A stretch of 64,000 bases of DNA from Planctomycetota bacterium. GTDB lineage: Bacteria > Planctomycetota > UBA1135 > UBA2386. A program made the position numbers and the translations under genes. The stretch lies in assembly GCA_965228735.1 (NCBI GenBank), contig OZ245838.1, positions 6,944,001 through 7,008,000 of the forward strand, in the 5' to 3' direction. Shown piece by piece: positions 1 to 9,945 of the stretch. Each line of letters opens with the position of its first letter. The first letter of the stretch is position 1. The notes below the pieces were generated by a model that saw only the letters and a list, made by a program, of their open reading frames with translations, was not told the DNA's origin and did no database searches.

Positions 1-467
1 AGAACGGGGAGGAGCGCGCTCTGGGACGAGCCAGAGCCCACTTCTTCTCTGCCACGGATGCGGCGAAGGCCATGCCCGCGGACAACCAGAAGGCCAGGAA
101 AGCGCGCGCCGATGCCGCGTTGGGTCTCGCATGGGGCTTGTTGTTCGACCAGCAACGGACCGGATCGGTGGATCCTGATCAGATCACCGGCGCGTTCGAA
201 CGCGCGTTGGCCCGCGACGACCGCGTTGCCGCCGCGTGGGTCGGCATGGGCGTCGCGCACGAGGTCGCCGGCCGCGCGGATGCCGCCGAGTCGGCGTGGC
301 GCCAGGCCGTCGAGCTCTTCCCGCGATGCGCGGAGGCCTGGTTCTATCTCGGTCGATTGCAGGTGAACCGTGGTCAGATCAGTGCGGCGCGGAGCAGTCT
401 CGAACGGGCCGTGACCGCGAATCCGGATCTCGCGCCCGCGAGAGTCCTGCTCGATCGATTGCGGTAG
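1..467 (+). CDS. TPR-repeat protein, 5' partial
   Basis: Frame is open to the left edge. TPR-like helices: AAAWVGMGVAHEVAG, AEAWFYLGRLQVNRG, LERAVTANPDL. Confidence 0.75.
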   Translation, partial: NGEERALGRARAHFFSATDAAKAMPADNQKARKARADAALGLAWGLLFDQQRTGSVDPDQITGAFERALARDDRVAAAWVGMGVAHEVAGRADAAESAWRQAVELFPRCAEAWFYLGRLQVNRGQISAARSSLERAVTANPDLAPARVLLDRLR

Positions 468-541
468 CAGCGGGTGGCCCGATACTCGCGCAACCGCCCG
501 GAGGGCTGGCGGCGCCGATCCGAATGCCGCACCATCGGGGC

Positions 542-1483
542 ATGCCCAGTTGCCGTCACCGCGCTCGCCTCTTCGCCGCCGCGATTCTCGTGACGCCGGC
601 GTTGTCCATCGGCGCGCAGAGTCTCGCCGATCTCGCGCGGAGCAAGGACGCGATCCAGTCGGCGTCGGTGAGCATCGATCTGCTCGTCGCGAAGACGCAA
701 GAGCTGCAGCAGCAGATCGACGTGACGTTGAAGGCGCTCGAACAGAGCAAGAAGGACGTCGAACGGGTGCAAAACACGCCGGCCGCCACCGAGATCGGTG
801 CGCTGGCGCATGCCGTCGAGCAGCTGCAGAAGCGCCTCGCCGAGCAAGTGGCGACGATCACCCGGATCCAGCGCGACGGCGCGGGCGCGAAGGGGGATCC
901 GGTCGGCGCGACGATGAAGGCGATCGACGAAGCGCTCGCGGGCGACGATGCCGCGGCGCAGGCGAAGCGGTTGCGGCGGCTGGCGCGCGAGGTCGAGGAC
1001 GAACGCGGTCGCGCGCTGGTGCACTATCACGTGGGGGAGGCGCATCGCCGGATCGCGGAGGTCGAGCAGAGCCGCGGGCGCGTGCAGCAGGCGCTCGGTG
1101 AACTCAAGCGGGCGGCCGACCACTACGAGAAGTCGGCGGCGTGCGATGAGGATCTCGACAGCGCGGTCGGCACGTCGCTGCTCGGTTCGGCGCGTTGCCG
1201 GCTCGTTCAGGTCGAGAGCGCGATGTGCCGGGCCTATTGGGACAGCTTCAAGCGATCGGGCAATCGCACGGCGCGATCGCACGCGAACCGGCTGCGCCGG
1301 TCGGTGAGCGAGCACTTCGCGGTCCTCGAGGAACGGCATCTCGAGGACTGGCTCGACGAGAAGGAGAACGTCGTCCACACCGCCTACGCGGACGTTCACC
1401 GGTTGGCGAACGAGCTCGGGGTGCAGGCCCCGCCGGTCCCGCCGCGGCCGACCGAGCCGCCGCCTCGGAAGAAGCAGCGCTGA
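542..1483 (+). CDS. Secreted coiled-coil/TPR-like hypothetical protein
   Basis: ATG 542 gives a signal peptide (RLFAAAILVTPALSIGA-Q), then heptad-rich helices and a TPR-like segment (ALVHYHVGEAHRR). Confidence 0.65.
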   Translation: MPSCRHRARLFAAAILVTPALSIGAQSLADLARSKDAIQSASVSIDLLVAKTQELQQQIDVTLKALEQSKKDVERVQNTPAATEIGALAHAVEQLQKRLAEQVATITRIQRDGAGAKGDPVGATMKAIDEALAGDDAAAQAKRLRRLAREVEDERGRALVHYHVGEAHRRIAEVEQSRGRVQQALGELKRAADHYEKSAACDEDLDSAVGTSLLGSARCRLVQVESAMCRAYWDSFKRSGNRTARSHANRLRRSVSEHFAVLEERHLEDWLDEKENVVHTAYADVHRLANELGVQAPPVPPRPTEPPPRKKQR

Positions 1484-1509
1484 GTCGAGCGGAACCCGGC
1501 GCCACCCCC

Positions 1510-1540
1510 TTGACATCAAAACCTAATCATTTAAGCTTAA
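1510..1540 (+). promoter_or_regulatory. Sigma70-type promoter with overlapping candidate BlaI-family operator
   Basis: TTGACA at 1510-1515, 16-bp spacer, TAAGCT at 1532-1537. Perfect palindrome TTAAGCTTAA at 1531-1540 in an AT-rich patch just before the BlaI-family gene. Confidence 0.65.
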
Positions 1541-1547
1541 GGCATAC

Positions 1548-1928
1548 ATGGAGCCGACCGAACGCGAGCTGCAGATCCTCAAGGTCCTCTGGGAACGTGG
1601 GGAGGCGACCGTGCGCGACGTCTACGAGGCGTTGCGTGAGGAGCTGCCGATCGTGCAGAACACGGTCCAGACCTTCCTCCGCATCATGGAAGGCAAGGGT
1701 TTCGTCGAGCACCGCAAGGAGGGGCGGTCGTTCGTCTACCGGCCGTTGCGCCGGCGTGAGCGCACGAGCCGCGAGGTGCTGTCCGGCGTGCTCGAGGACT
1801 TATTCGACGGCGCGCTCGACGCGCTCGTGACGAGCGCGTTCAAGGTCAAGAAGCCGACGGCTGCCGAACTCGACAAGCTGCGCGAACTGCTCGGCGAACA
1901 CGAACGCCGCCGGAGGAAGAAGTCGTGA
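1548..1928 (+). CDS. BlaI/MecI/CopY family transcriptional repressor
   Basis: TERELQILKVLWERGEATVRDV...NTVQTFLRIMEGKGFV...GRSFVYRP...LFDG family signature. Confidence 0.93.
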   Translation: MEPTERELQILKVLWERGEATVRDVYEALREELPIVQNTVQTFLRIMEGKGFVEHRKEGRSFVYRPLRRRERTSREVLSGVLEDLFDGALDALVTSAFKVKKPTAAELDKLRELLGEHERRRRKKS

Positions 1929-4174
1929 ACGTCGTCGCCGAACTGGCCGAGATCGTGCGCGATCACGGCGTCACGGTGCTGGTCGGGAGCACGATCGTGC
2001 TCGGTGGGATCGCGGCCGTGGCCGCGGCGACGCGATCCGTCGTGGCGGAGCGGCAGCTGCTGCGGTGGGGGCTCGTCGCCGGTGGGCTCTATCTGCTGGT
2101 GGCGCTCGTGCCGCTGCCGCGGTGGTCGTTGCCCGACCCGTTCGGGACTCGGGACGGGGCGGGACCGGTGGTTCGGGTTGCGCTGCCGCCCGCCGCGTTC
2201 ACGGGCGACGTTGCGAACGCGGAGCGCGGTTCGCCGTCGCGCGACGACACCGTGACCTCCGAGCCCCTGCCTGCGCGTGAACCGCCGCGGCGTGAACTGC
2301 CCGCGCGTCAACCGCTCCCGCTCGAATCGTCCGCCACGCGGTCAACCGAGCCGCGAGCCCCATCGCGTGCGCCTGCGGCCGCGCCGGTCACGATCGCGGC
2401 CGCCGAAAAGCGCGGGAGCGCCGCGTTCGACGTTGCCGAATGGCTCGCGATCACACTCCTGATCGGCAGTGGCCTCGTGGCATTGCACGCGGGTCTCGGC
2501 TGGTGGCGACTGCGCCGTCTGCTGGCCCGTTGCCGACGCGCGCCCGCGTCGCTGATCGAAGCGCTCGACACGGCCTTGCCGCGCGGCACGCGGCTCTGGG
2601 TCGCGGATGGCCCTGTGCGACCGTTCTGCGTCGGGGTCCTGCGACGGCACGTCGTCGTGCCGCCCGAGCTGGCCAGGCCGACCGCGGCCGCGCGGTTCGT
2701 GCTGCGGCACGAGCTCGCGCACGTCAGCACCGGCGACACGCGCTGGTGCGCGCTCGAGTCGCTGCTGCGGCCGGTCCTGTGCTGGCAGCCGCTGTTCTGG
2801 TGGCTGCGCGCGCGGCTGCGTTTCTGCGACGAACTGCTCGCCGACGACGCCGCCGCGAGCGGCGACGCGTCGGGTTACGTGCGCGCGATGCTCGCGCTGT
2901 CGTGCGGCGATCGCCAGCCGGTTCGCGGCGCGCAGGCCGCGTTCGTGTTCCAACGTCCAACCGAACTCTATCGGAGGTGTCAGATGATCCTGCAACGAGA
3001 GAACGTCCTGAAGAAGTCGATGTCCGTATCCCGTCGTGCCGGGCAAGCACTCGGGGTGAGCGCGCTGCTCGCGGTTGCCGCCGCGAGCTTCGGTGTCGAG
3101 CGCGTCGTCGCGCAGGATCCGGGGGCCGCGCGCGAACTGCGGGCCGAGGTCAACCGGCTGCGGGCCGAGAACGAGAAGCTGCGCGAGCTGCTGGAGAACG
3201 CCGTCACGAAGGCGGACCCCGAGGGCTCCGGTGATGCGCGCGGAGCGCTGTGGCAGCTCGTTCATGGGGGCGCGATCTCGAGCGCGGCGGCCGACCTGCT
3301 GGCGAGTGCGGCGCGCGACGACCTGCTGGCCCATTCCGCGGCCGACGAACTGCTCGCGGGCGCGATGTCCGAAGCGGTCAAGCTCGTGCGCTACACCGTC
3401 AAGGAGGGGGACACTCTCGCGAGCATCGCGCGGACGTTCTACGCCGATGAAGCCGGCCTCGACCGCATCCGCCGACTCAACCCGGGGCTCGACCCGCGTC
3501 AGCTCGTCGTCGGCACGGCGATCGTCGTCGCCGCGGACCCCGAGTCGTCGCCGGGCGACCCCGCCGCGAGCGGGGAGTCGCCTGCGGATCCCGGCGAACG
3601 CGTGACTTACCGGGTAAGAAAGGGCGACAGCCTGCATCGGATCGCGAACCAGTTCTTCAGGAATCGGGACGGCGTCGATCGGCTGCGCCGACTCAACCCC
3701 GGACTCGATCCCGATCGTCTGCGGGTCGGTCAGGTGATCGTGATCGCCGGCGACCCTGCCACCGTCGCCGAGAGCGAGGTTCCGCCCGGCGCGATCGATC
3801 CGACGCAGCCGCGTCCCGAGCCCGCTGGGTCACTCGGGTCGACCCGCGGTCGTTCCCTCGACGACGTCGCGCGCGTCGTGACTCGCTGCATCGAACTGCG
3901 CGGCGAGGTCCGCATCGCCGAGATCGAGCTCGCGCGCGCGGAGCGCGGCAAGCAGAACGGTGTCGTCGACCCGTTCGATCTCGAGATCGCGCGCATCCGG
4001 CTGGAGACGTCCAAGGCCCAGCTCGACGCGATCACGAACATGCTCGAGACGGAACTCGAGGCCGCGCAGGCGGAGCTGCAGCGTTTGCAGGCGCTCGCCA
4101 ACGCCGGTGCGATCGGCAGGCACGAGGTCGCCGAGGTCAGCTCGTTCGTGCAGGTGCTGCTCGGCGTGTTCTGA
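1925..4174 (+). CDS. BlaR1-like M56 metallopeptidase with two LysM domains
   Basis: GTGA overlap with the repressor, TM segments, HELAH zinc motif, WQPLFWW...CDELLAD. Two LysM repeats (YTVKEGDTLASIA...NPGLDP and YRVRKGDSLHRIA...NPGLDP). Confidence 0.9.
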   Translation: MNVVAELAEIVRDHGVTVLVGSTIVLGGIAAVAAATRSVVAERQLLRWGLVAGGLYLLVALVPLPRWSLPDPFGTRDGAGPVVRVALPPAAFTGDVANAERGSPSRDDTVTSEPLPAREPPRRELPARQPLPLESSATRSTEPRAPSRAPAAAPVTIAAAEKRGSAAFDVAEWLAITLLIGSGLVALHAGLGWWRLRRLLARCRRAPASLIEALDTALPRGTRLWVADGPVRPFCVGVLRRHVVVPPELARPTAAARFVLRHELAHVSTGDTRWCALESLLRPVLCWQPLFWWLRARLRFCDELLADDAAASGDASGYVRAMLALSCGDRQPVRGAQAAFVFQRPTELYRRCQMILQRENVLKKSMSVSRRAGQALGVSALLAVAAASFGVERVVAQDPGAARELRAEVNRLRAENEKLRELLENAVTKADPEGSGDARGALWQLVHGGAISSAAADLLASAARDDLLAHSAADELLAGAMSEAVKLVRYTVKEGDTLASIARTFYADEAGLDRIRRLNPGLDPRQLVVGTAIVVAADPESSPGDPAASGESPADPGERVTYRVRKGDSLHRIANQFFRNRDGVDRLRRLNPGLDPDRLRVGQVIVIAGDPATVAESEVPPGAIDPTQPRPEPAGSLGSTRGRSLDDVARVVTRCIELRGEVRIAEIELARAERGKQNGVVDPFDLEIARIRLETSKAQLDAITNMLETELEAAQAELQRLQALANAGAIGRHEVAEVSSFVQVLLGVF

Positions 4175-4299
4175 TCGCGTTTGGCGGCGACCTCGAACCA
4201 GAAGGTCAAACCGGGCTTGCGAATTGCCCGCCGGCCGCTACGGTTCTCGTTCCGAAAACGCCGATATCGTCGGCGGACGCGGCTCCAGACGAGCTCCAC

Positions 4300-4373
4300 T
4301 GCCCCGTGGTGTAACGGTAGCACAACAGATTCTGGTTCTGTTTGTCAAGGTTCGAATCCTTGCGGGGTAACCA
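4300..4373 (+). tRNA. tRNA-Gln(CTG)
   Basis: Cloverleaf with anticodon arm ACAGA-TT-CTG-GT-TCTGT, T-loop GGTTCGAATCC and an encoded CCA. Confidence 0.96.
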
Positions 4374-4374
4374 C

Positions 4375-6531
4375 TTACCGCCATACCGCGGTCCACTCGC
4401 GGACGTTCGCCGGGACGTCGAACGTGCGGCTGACCCCATCGCTCGTCAGCACGAGCGTCAACGCGCCGAGCGGCACCCGCTCGATGCTCGGCGCCGCGGT
4501 CGGTGAGCAACCCACCGAGTATTCGCGGCCCTGCGCGTCGCTGCACCGCGCGTCGGTGACCGGCACGTCGGTGCCCGCCGCGTCGACGACCCGGAGCTGC
4601 AAGGTGCGCGCGGGTTCGAGGCGGTAGAGGCCGTCGGGTTCCGGTTCCTGCCACGTGCGCGGCAGGTGCGTCGGATGCAGCAGCGTGAGTTCGCTGTTGG
4701 CCGCGAGCTGCAGGTCCAGGGTCGAGTCGGCGACCTTCGTCTCGCGCAGCATCGGCCACCAGCCCGACGTCTTGTACGTTGCGCCGTCGAGTCGGGCACC
4801 GTTCGACAGGCTCACGACCTGGCCGACGAAGCGCTTGACCGTCGGCGCGGGCAGTTCGGCGCGGGTGCGTCGGCCCGGCTGTAGCTGCACGCTCAGCTCG
4901 ATGCCCGTGTCGGCGCCGGATCCGTCCTGCACCTTCAGGTGAACGGTGCTGCTCGGGCGGAGCATGCCGATCAGTTCGAGCTCGCGATCGGCGGCGAGTT
5001 CGAAGGACTGGGAGTAGGTCGAGCCCCGCGGTGCGATCACGACGTCGTCGTCGTTGCCGCCGACGCCGAACCCGGACCAGCTCGAGGCGGTGCCGCTCGA
5101 CGGGTCCGAGCACCAGAGACCCAGGTAGTGTTCTCGGAGCGCGCTGCTCGTCGCCGGTTGGAACTCACCGCGGAGCTCGACCTGGCATCCCGGCAGAGCT
5201 CGGGCGGCGGCCCGGCCGTCGATCACGAGTCCGGTTGCGGTCCGCAGCGTGATCACCGGATCGCGCTGCAGCTCGGCGGGCGTGACCTCCGCGTAGTCGT
5301 AGCTCTTCGCGACGACCTCGACCGACCCCGCGAGCGCGGGCTGGATCCACGCTTGGCCGCGTTCGTCCGTGACGCCGAGCAGGTCGTTCCATACGGCGAG
5401 CATCGCGCCGGCGACGGGCATGCCGCTCTCGTTCTGGACTGTGACCCGGAGCCGGCCGCGGCCGATCTCGAGGCGCAGATCCTCGTCACCGCCGCGCAGG
5501 ATGACGCGCTTCGCCGCCGCGACGAGGACGGGTCCCTCGTCGGCGATCGTGGTCCCGCGTCCGACGACGCGGGCGTCCACGCGGCGCGCACCGCCGACCA
5601 ACGGGATCACCTCGGTCACGCCGAGTCTGGCTGGCACGTCGACGACGTCGATCGAACCGCCGCGCTTCTCGAACTGCTCGACGTGGAGCCGCGCCGCTCT
5701 GGGCAGCGCACCGTCGACGAGCACGGGCGTGACGCGGAGCACCGGTGCGTCGCCGAGTTCGATGCGCGCGGTGAGGTTCGGCAGCGGGCTCTGCCACGTC
5801 TTGAGAACGTGGCCGTCCGGTCGGCGGAAGAGCAGTTCGCCGGCGTTGTCGAGCACGATGGCGTCGCCCGTCAGGCCACCGATCTCGAGCCGGCCGCCCC
5901 GGCAGTCCAGCGGCAGGTGGCGCGTCGAGAACGCCGGCTGGTGATCGATGGCAGCGGCCGGCAACGTGGCGGCACCGAGGTCGTCCCAGCCCGTGAAGGG
6001 GGGCCCCGTCACCTGCAGTCGCAGCCGGACCTCCGCGAGCCGGTCGTGCGGCGCGATCACGTCGGCGACGAAGACGGGGGGCGGCAGCTGCACGTGGACG
6101 AGTTCGCGGTCGTCGTTCCCACCGCCGCTGCGCCGCACCGCGTCGGGTCCGAACCGAACGGGCAGCCAGTTCTCCTTCCTGACCGCGACCTCGCGCCACG
6201 CCGTCGGGACCGGAGTGCCCTCCGTGTCACAGTGGATTGGCACGAGGCCGGCTGGCGTGCGCCAGCACAGGCGCGCCGCGGTCGGCCGACTGTTGGAATC
6301 CAGCACGCGGAGCAGCGGGCGCGCGGCGGCGGTGCGGGTTGGCGGATCGTGCGGGCGGTCCGGCGAAGGTCGCGCGGCGGCGTGGCCAGGCGCGTTACCT
6401 GGGGTCGCGGCCGTTCGCGGTTGCGCGGGGCCGGGGGCCGGCGCGGGCAACTCGTCTCGCGGCGACGAGCTCACCGCCAGCAGCAGCAATCCCACGGCGC
6501 AGAGCACCGCGACCAGAGCGACGCGATTCAC
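4375..6531 (-). CDS. Membrane-anchored hypothetical protein with carboxypeptidase-regulatory-like beta modules
   Basis: N-terminal hydrophobic anchor and Pro/Ala linker. Motifs RVTVQNESGMPVAGAM...GVTDERGQA and LRVVDAAGTDV. Confidence 0.6.
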   Translation of the reverse strand: MNRVALVAVLCAVGLLLLAVSSSPRDELPAPAPGPAQPRTAATPGNAPGHAAARPSPDRPHDPPTRTAAARPLLRVLDSNSRPTAARLCWRTPAGLVPIHCDTEGTPVPTAWREVAVRKENWLPVRFGPDAVRRSGGGNDDRELVHVQLPPPVFVADVIAPHDRLAEVRLRLQVTGPPFTGWDDLGAATLPAAAIDHQPAFSTRHLPLDCRGGRLEIGGLTGDAIVLDNAGELLFRRPDGHVLKTWQSPLPNLTARIELGDAPVLRVTPVLVDGALPRAARLHVEQFEKRGGSIDVVDVPARLGVTEVIPLVGGARRVDARVVGRGTTIADEGPVLVAAAKRVILRGGDEDLRLEIGRGRLRVTVQNESGMPVAGAMLAVWNDLLGVTDERGQAWIQPALAGSVEVVAKSYDYAEVTPAELQRDPVITLRTATGLVIDGRAAARALPGCQVELRGEFQPATSSALREHYLGLWCSDPSSGTASSWSGFGVGGNDDDVVIAPRGSTYSQSFELAADRELELIGMLRPSSTVHLKVQDGSGADTGIELSVQLQPGRRTRAELPAPTVKRFVGQVVSLSNGARLDGATYKTSGWWPMLRETKVADSTLDLQLAANSELTLLHPTHLPRTWQEPEPDGLYRLEPARTLQLRVVDAAGTDVPVTDARCSDAQGREYSVGCSPTAAPSIERVPLGALTLVLTSDGVSRTFDVPANVREWTAVWR

Positions 6532-6579
6532 ATGACCGATGATACCGCGCCTGGTCCGGCGCCGCGGGGAGCCGCGCGA

Positions 6580-7383
6580 CTAGGCGCCGTCGCCGAACAT
6601 CACGAGGATCGCTTCGGCCGGCTCGTCGTGCTCGTTCCACCATTCGTACGGTGTCATTGCGGGGATGAACACCATCTCGCCCTGCGCGACGGTCGTGGGT
6701 TGGCCGCCGACGGTGCCGCTGCACTCACCGCGGATCGCGATCACCATGACGGGGAAAGGCACGCGCATCGGCTGGCCGGGGCCGTTCTGCACGCGGTCGC
6801 CCTGCTCGAGCATCGACCACACCGTGCGCAGGCCCTTCTCGTAGTAGAAGATCGCGTTCTTCGCGCCGTGGGCCTCGCGCGTCAGCTTGGGGCCGAAGCG
6901 GACCTTCTCGGGAAACCCCCGGGTCCAGAAGTGGAACGACAGCGGGTTGACGTCGAACCGTTCGGCGTCGGGACTCCACTGCATGTCGAACGGCGCGGAA
7001 TCGCCGTAGAACTCCTTCGCGGCCGCGGTCAGGGCGCTGCACTCGCCGGCGTCGATCCTGGCCAGGGTCGCGGTGTCGGTGGTGTAGACGAACGCGGCGT
7101 CCGCCGGTTCTCGGCGATCGAGATCGACGCGCCAGCGGCCGTCGTCGTCCTGCCGACCATGCACGGTGACGAGCCAGGCGCCGCCGTTGTCGCCCGTGAC
7201 GCGCACGCCGAACGTGCGGGGCGTGCCGGCGGCAGGATCGGAACGGAAGTCCTCGACGTAGGTCCTCAGGATCCGCTCGGGATCGGTCGGCGGCGACGCA
7301 GCCGGGTCGGAGCGGCCCGGCAGGAGTGCGAAGGAGCCGGCGGTCAGGCCGGCGGACAGGAGGCAGAGGATCGGAGTACGCAC
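6580..7383 (-). CDS. Exported protein with SCP2-like domain and C-terminal cupin
   Basis: GTG 7383 gives a signal peptide (upstream in-frame ATG at 7455 is an alternative). Cupin motifs VIAIRGEC...QGEMVFIPAMTPYEWWN...AILVMFG. Confidence 0.7.
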   Translation of the reverse strand: MRTPILCLLSAGLTAGSFALLPGRSDPAASPPTDPERILRTYVEDFRSDPAAGTPRTFGVRVTGDNGGAWLVTVHGRQDDDGRWRVDLDRREPADAAFVYTTDTATLARIDAGECSALTAAAKEFYGDSAPFDMQWSPDAERFDVNPLSFHFWTRGFPEKVRFGPKLTREAHGAKNAIFYYEKGLRTVWSMLEQGDRVQNGPGQPMRVPFPVMVIAIRGECSGTVGGQPTTVAQGEMVFIPAMTPYEWWNEHDEPAEAILVMFGDGA

Positions 7384-7473
7384 GGTTCGGTTCGGTTGGT
7401 CAGGGTCGGAGGAGGCGCGATGCGAGGTGCAGACGACGTTCGGCTGCAGCGGCATGCCAGCTAGTGCAAGATT

Positions 7474-7502
7474 GCTATAGCAGAAATGCTGTAGTTCGGC
7501 AA
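7474..7502 (-). promoter_or_regulatory. Promoter with overlapping inverted repeat (candidate PadR operator)
   Basis: Minus strand TTGCCG, 17 bp, TATAGC. Inverted repeat CTATAGCA-GAAA-TGCTGTAG at 7475-7494. Confidence 0.6.
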
Positions 7503-7567
7503 CGGGCACGGGGCCGCGTGGACGGGGGGAGGCCGGCCGCGGGCGGCCGGGCGGCCGGGCCGCGGGG

Positions 7568-8221
7568 TCAGCGGATCGCGGAGTCTTCGGCCGCGAACGC
7601 CCGCAGCAGGGTCTCGCTCGGGTTGGTCGGCCGAACAGCGACGTAGCCCACGATTCCGGCCATGCCGGAGATCAGCACGGCGGCCTCGTCGAGTTGCAGC
7701 CGATACGCCCCGGCGGCCGCCGCGACCAGCGCGCCGGCCAACGCGAGGACCAGCGTGTTGCGGCGGCTCCACGGCGACACGGTGCGGCCCGGGCTGCCGC
7801 GGCGCCGGTCACGGACGACCCAGGTCAGGGCGCCGAGAAGGGTCGCGATCGTGACGACCGGTCCGAGCAACTCGATCGAGACGACGAGGTCGATCCCGGC
7901 GCACTCGGCGCGCCACGGTCCTTCCGCCACGGCCGCGGTCGTGGTCACCACGGCGAGCGTGGCGTGCCAGATCAGCAGCAGCCAGGAAAACGCGCGACCC
8001 GCTCCTCGCCAGCCGAGAGCCGCGATCGTCAGGCCGAGGCCGGTCGCGAGGAGCAGCACCCAGAGATCGCCGGTCGCGCCGACGCCGCCGAAGGGGCCGA
8101 TGCGCCACTCCGTCGCCGGCAGGCAGAGGCAGCGCAGGACCAGCGTGGCGCCGACCACCGGCAGCAGCCAGGTGATCGCGAGCACGACGCGCAGCAGCGG
8201 ATCCGGATACCACCTAAGCAC
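7568..8221 (-). CDS. Integral membrane hypothetical protein
   Basis: About 6 hydrophobic segments. Overlaps the PadR stop by 8 bp. Confidence 0.7.
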   Translation of the reverse strand: MLRWYPDPLLRVVLAITWLLPVVGATLVLRCLCLPATEWRIGPFGGVGATGDLWVLLLATGLGLTIAALGWRGAGRAFSWLLLIWHATLAVVTTTAAVAEGPWRAECAGIDLVVSIELLGPVVTIATLLGALTWVVRDRRRGSPGRTVSPWSRRNTLVLALAGALVAAAAGAYRLQLDEAAVLISGMAGIVGYVAVRPTNPSETLLRAFAAEDSAIR

Positions 8222-8765
8222 GGCGCGGCCTCCCGGCCCGCGTCAGCAGCCCGAGCTTCGCGATCGCCTCGTCGCACCACTCGACGCGCGCGCGCAGCGT
8301 CTTCAGGCCGAGGTCGAGGGCGAGGTTGCCGAGGAGATCGGCTTTCGGGTCGTCGTGCTCCACGGCCGAGCGGCGCGCTTCGTATTGCGCGAGTCGCGCG
8401 GCGAACCGTTCGCGCACCCGCTGCAGGAACGTGCGCGCCTCGGCGGGGTCGCGGGCGCGGCAGAGGAAGTGGATCTGGGCGAGTACCGACAGGCGTTCCT
8501 GGCCAACCTCCGGGTCGCTGTCCAGCCACTCGTCGAGCGTGCTCTGGCCCGCTCGGGTGCGCGAATAGACGCGGCGGTCCGGGCCCTTCTCCGACTTCTG
8601 AGGCTTGCTGCGCAGCAAGCCGTCCCGCTCGAGGCCGCGCAGGGTGCCGTAGATCTGGCTGCTCTCCGCGGCCCAGAGGTGACTCATCGAGTCGATCTTC
8701 TGCTTGAGGTCGTAGCCGCTCGCGGGGTTCTCCAGCAGACCGAGAAGCAGATAGCGCAGGCTCAT
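8214..8765 (-). CDS. PadR family transcriptional regulator
   Basis: MSLRYLLLGLL...SGYDL...W...SQIYGTLRGLERDGL...GPDRRVYSRT.AG...L..WL. Confidence 0.92.
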   Translation of the reverse strand: MSLRYLLLGLLENPASGYDLKQKIDSMSHLWAAESSQIYGTLRGLERDGLLRSKPQKSEKGPDRRVYSRTRAGQSTLDEWLDSDPEVGQERLSVLAQIHFLCRARDPAEARTFLQRVRERFAARLAQYEARRSAVEHDDPKADLLGNLALDLGLKTLRARVEWCDEAIAKLGLLTRAGRPRRA

Positions 8766-8835
8766 CCACAATCAGTATAGCGAATGTAGAATAGCTGGGC
8801 GAGCCCGGGGCCGGGGCAGGTCGTGCGATGCGCTC

Positions 8836-9945
8836 TCAGCTCGTCGCGCGGTGCAGGAACCGGTCGGTCATCCCGGCGATGTAGTCGCAGACCGTGCGCT
8901 CGACGCCGTCCGTCGAAAACCGCGCCCGGAAGCGTTCGGGCAGCGGTGACGGGTCCGCGCACCAGGCCGCGAACAGCCGCCGGATCCGGGCGGCGCCGTC
9001 GTTCATCACCGCGAGCACGCGGGCGCTGCGGTAGAAGCGGGTGCGCAAGAACTCGAGCACCTCCTGCGCGAGCACCGTGATCTCGTCGGAGTGGCGCAGG
9101 CGTGGCGTCGCGTCGCCCGGCTCGGCGGCGGCCGCCGCGAGGTCGCGGTCGGCGTGCTCCACGAGGTCGTGGATCAAGAGCGACGTGAACTCACTCACGA
9201 CGCGCAGTCGGTTGCTCGTCGCGGCGGCCTCGCGCGCGCGCGCCCAGAGCCGCAGTTCGCCGGCCTCGTCCTCGGTGAACAGGCCCGCACGCAGGCCGTC
9301 GTCGAGGTCGTGACTCAGGTAGGCGATCTTGTCGCAGAGGTCGACGAGCTGGGCCTCGATCGGCAGCGGCGGGCGCGGCGAGGTCGCGCGTTCGTGCCGC
9401 AGGTCGTCGCTCAGCGGAAAGCCGTCGGGCACGCGGCCCTTGAGCAGGCTCCGGCGCACGGCGTAGGTCAGGTTGAGGCCGTAGCCGTGGCCGTAGCGGC
9501 TGGCGAGCCGGTCGACGATACGCGCGCCCTGCGCGTTGTGGCGGAAGCCGCCGTGATCCTGCATCGCCTCGTCGAGCGCTTCCTCGCCGACGTGCCCGAA
9601 CGGCGGATGCCCGAGGTCGTGCGCCAGCGCGATCGCCTCGCTGAGGTCCTCGTTGAGGCGCAGCGCGCGCGCGACGCTGCGCGCCATCTGCGAGACCTCG
9701 AGCGAGTGCGTCATCCGGCTGCGGAAGTGGTCGCCCTCGAACGCGGCCATCACCTGCGTCTTGTGCTGCAGCCGGCGGAACGCGGAGCAGTGCAGGATCC
9801 GATCACGGTCGCGCTGGAAGACCGTGCGCAGCGGGTCCTCGCTCTCGTCGAGCCGCCGGCCGCCGGCGTTGCGGCTGGCCGTGGCGAACGGGCTCAGGCC
9901 GTGAAGCTCGCGGTCTTCCTGGTCCTCGCGGCGAAGCCAGACCAT
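8836..9945 (-). CDS. dgt: dGTP triphosphohydrolase (HD domain)
   Basis: FQRDRDRILHCSAFRRLQHKTQV, RSRMTHSLEV, HDLGHPPFGH.GE, DYIAGMTDRF. Confidence 0.93.
   Translation of the reverse strand: MVWLRREDQEDRELHGLSPFATASRNAGGRRLDESEDPLRTVFQRDRDRILHCSAFRRLQHKTQVMAAFEGDHFRSRMTHSLEVSQMARSVARALRLNEDLSEAIALAHDLGHPPFGHVGEEALDEAMQDHGGFRHNAQGARIVDRLASRYGHGYGLNLTYAVRRSLLKGRVPDGFPLSDDLRHERATSPRPPLPIEAQLVDLCDKIAYLSHDLDDGLRAGLFTEDEAGELRLWARAREAAATSNRLRVVSEFTSLLIHDLVEHADRDLAAAAAEPGDATPRLRHSDEITVLAQEVLEFLRTRFYRSARVLAVMNDGAARIRRLFAAWCADPSPLPERFRARFSTDGVERTVCDYIAGMTDRFLHRATS

Noticed and set aside
8836..9945. Anti-phage dGTPase
   Set aside because: Short housekeeping-type Dgt with no defence genes nearby.
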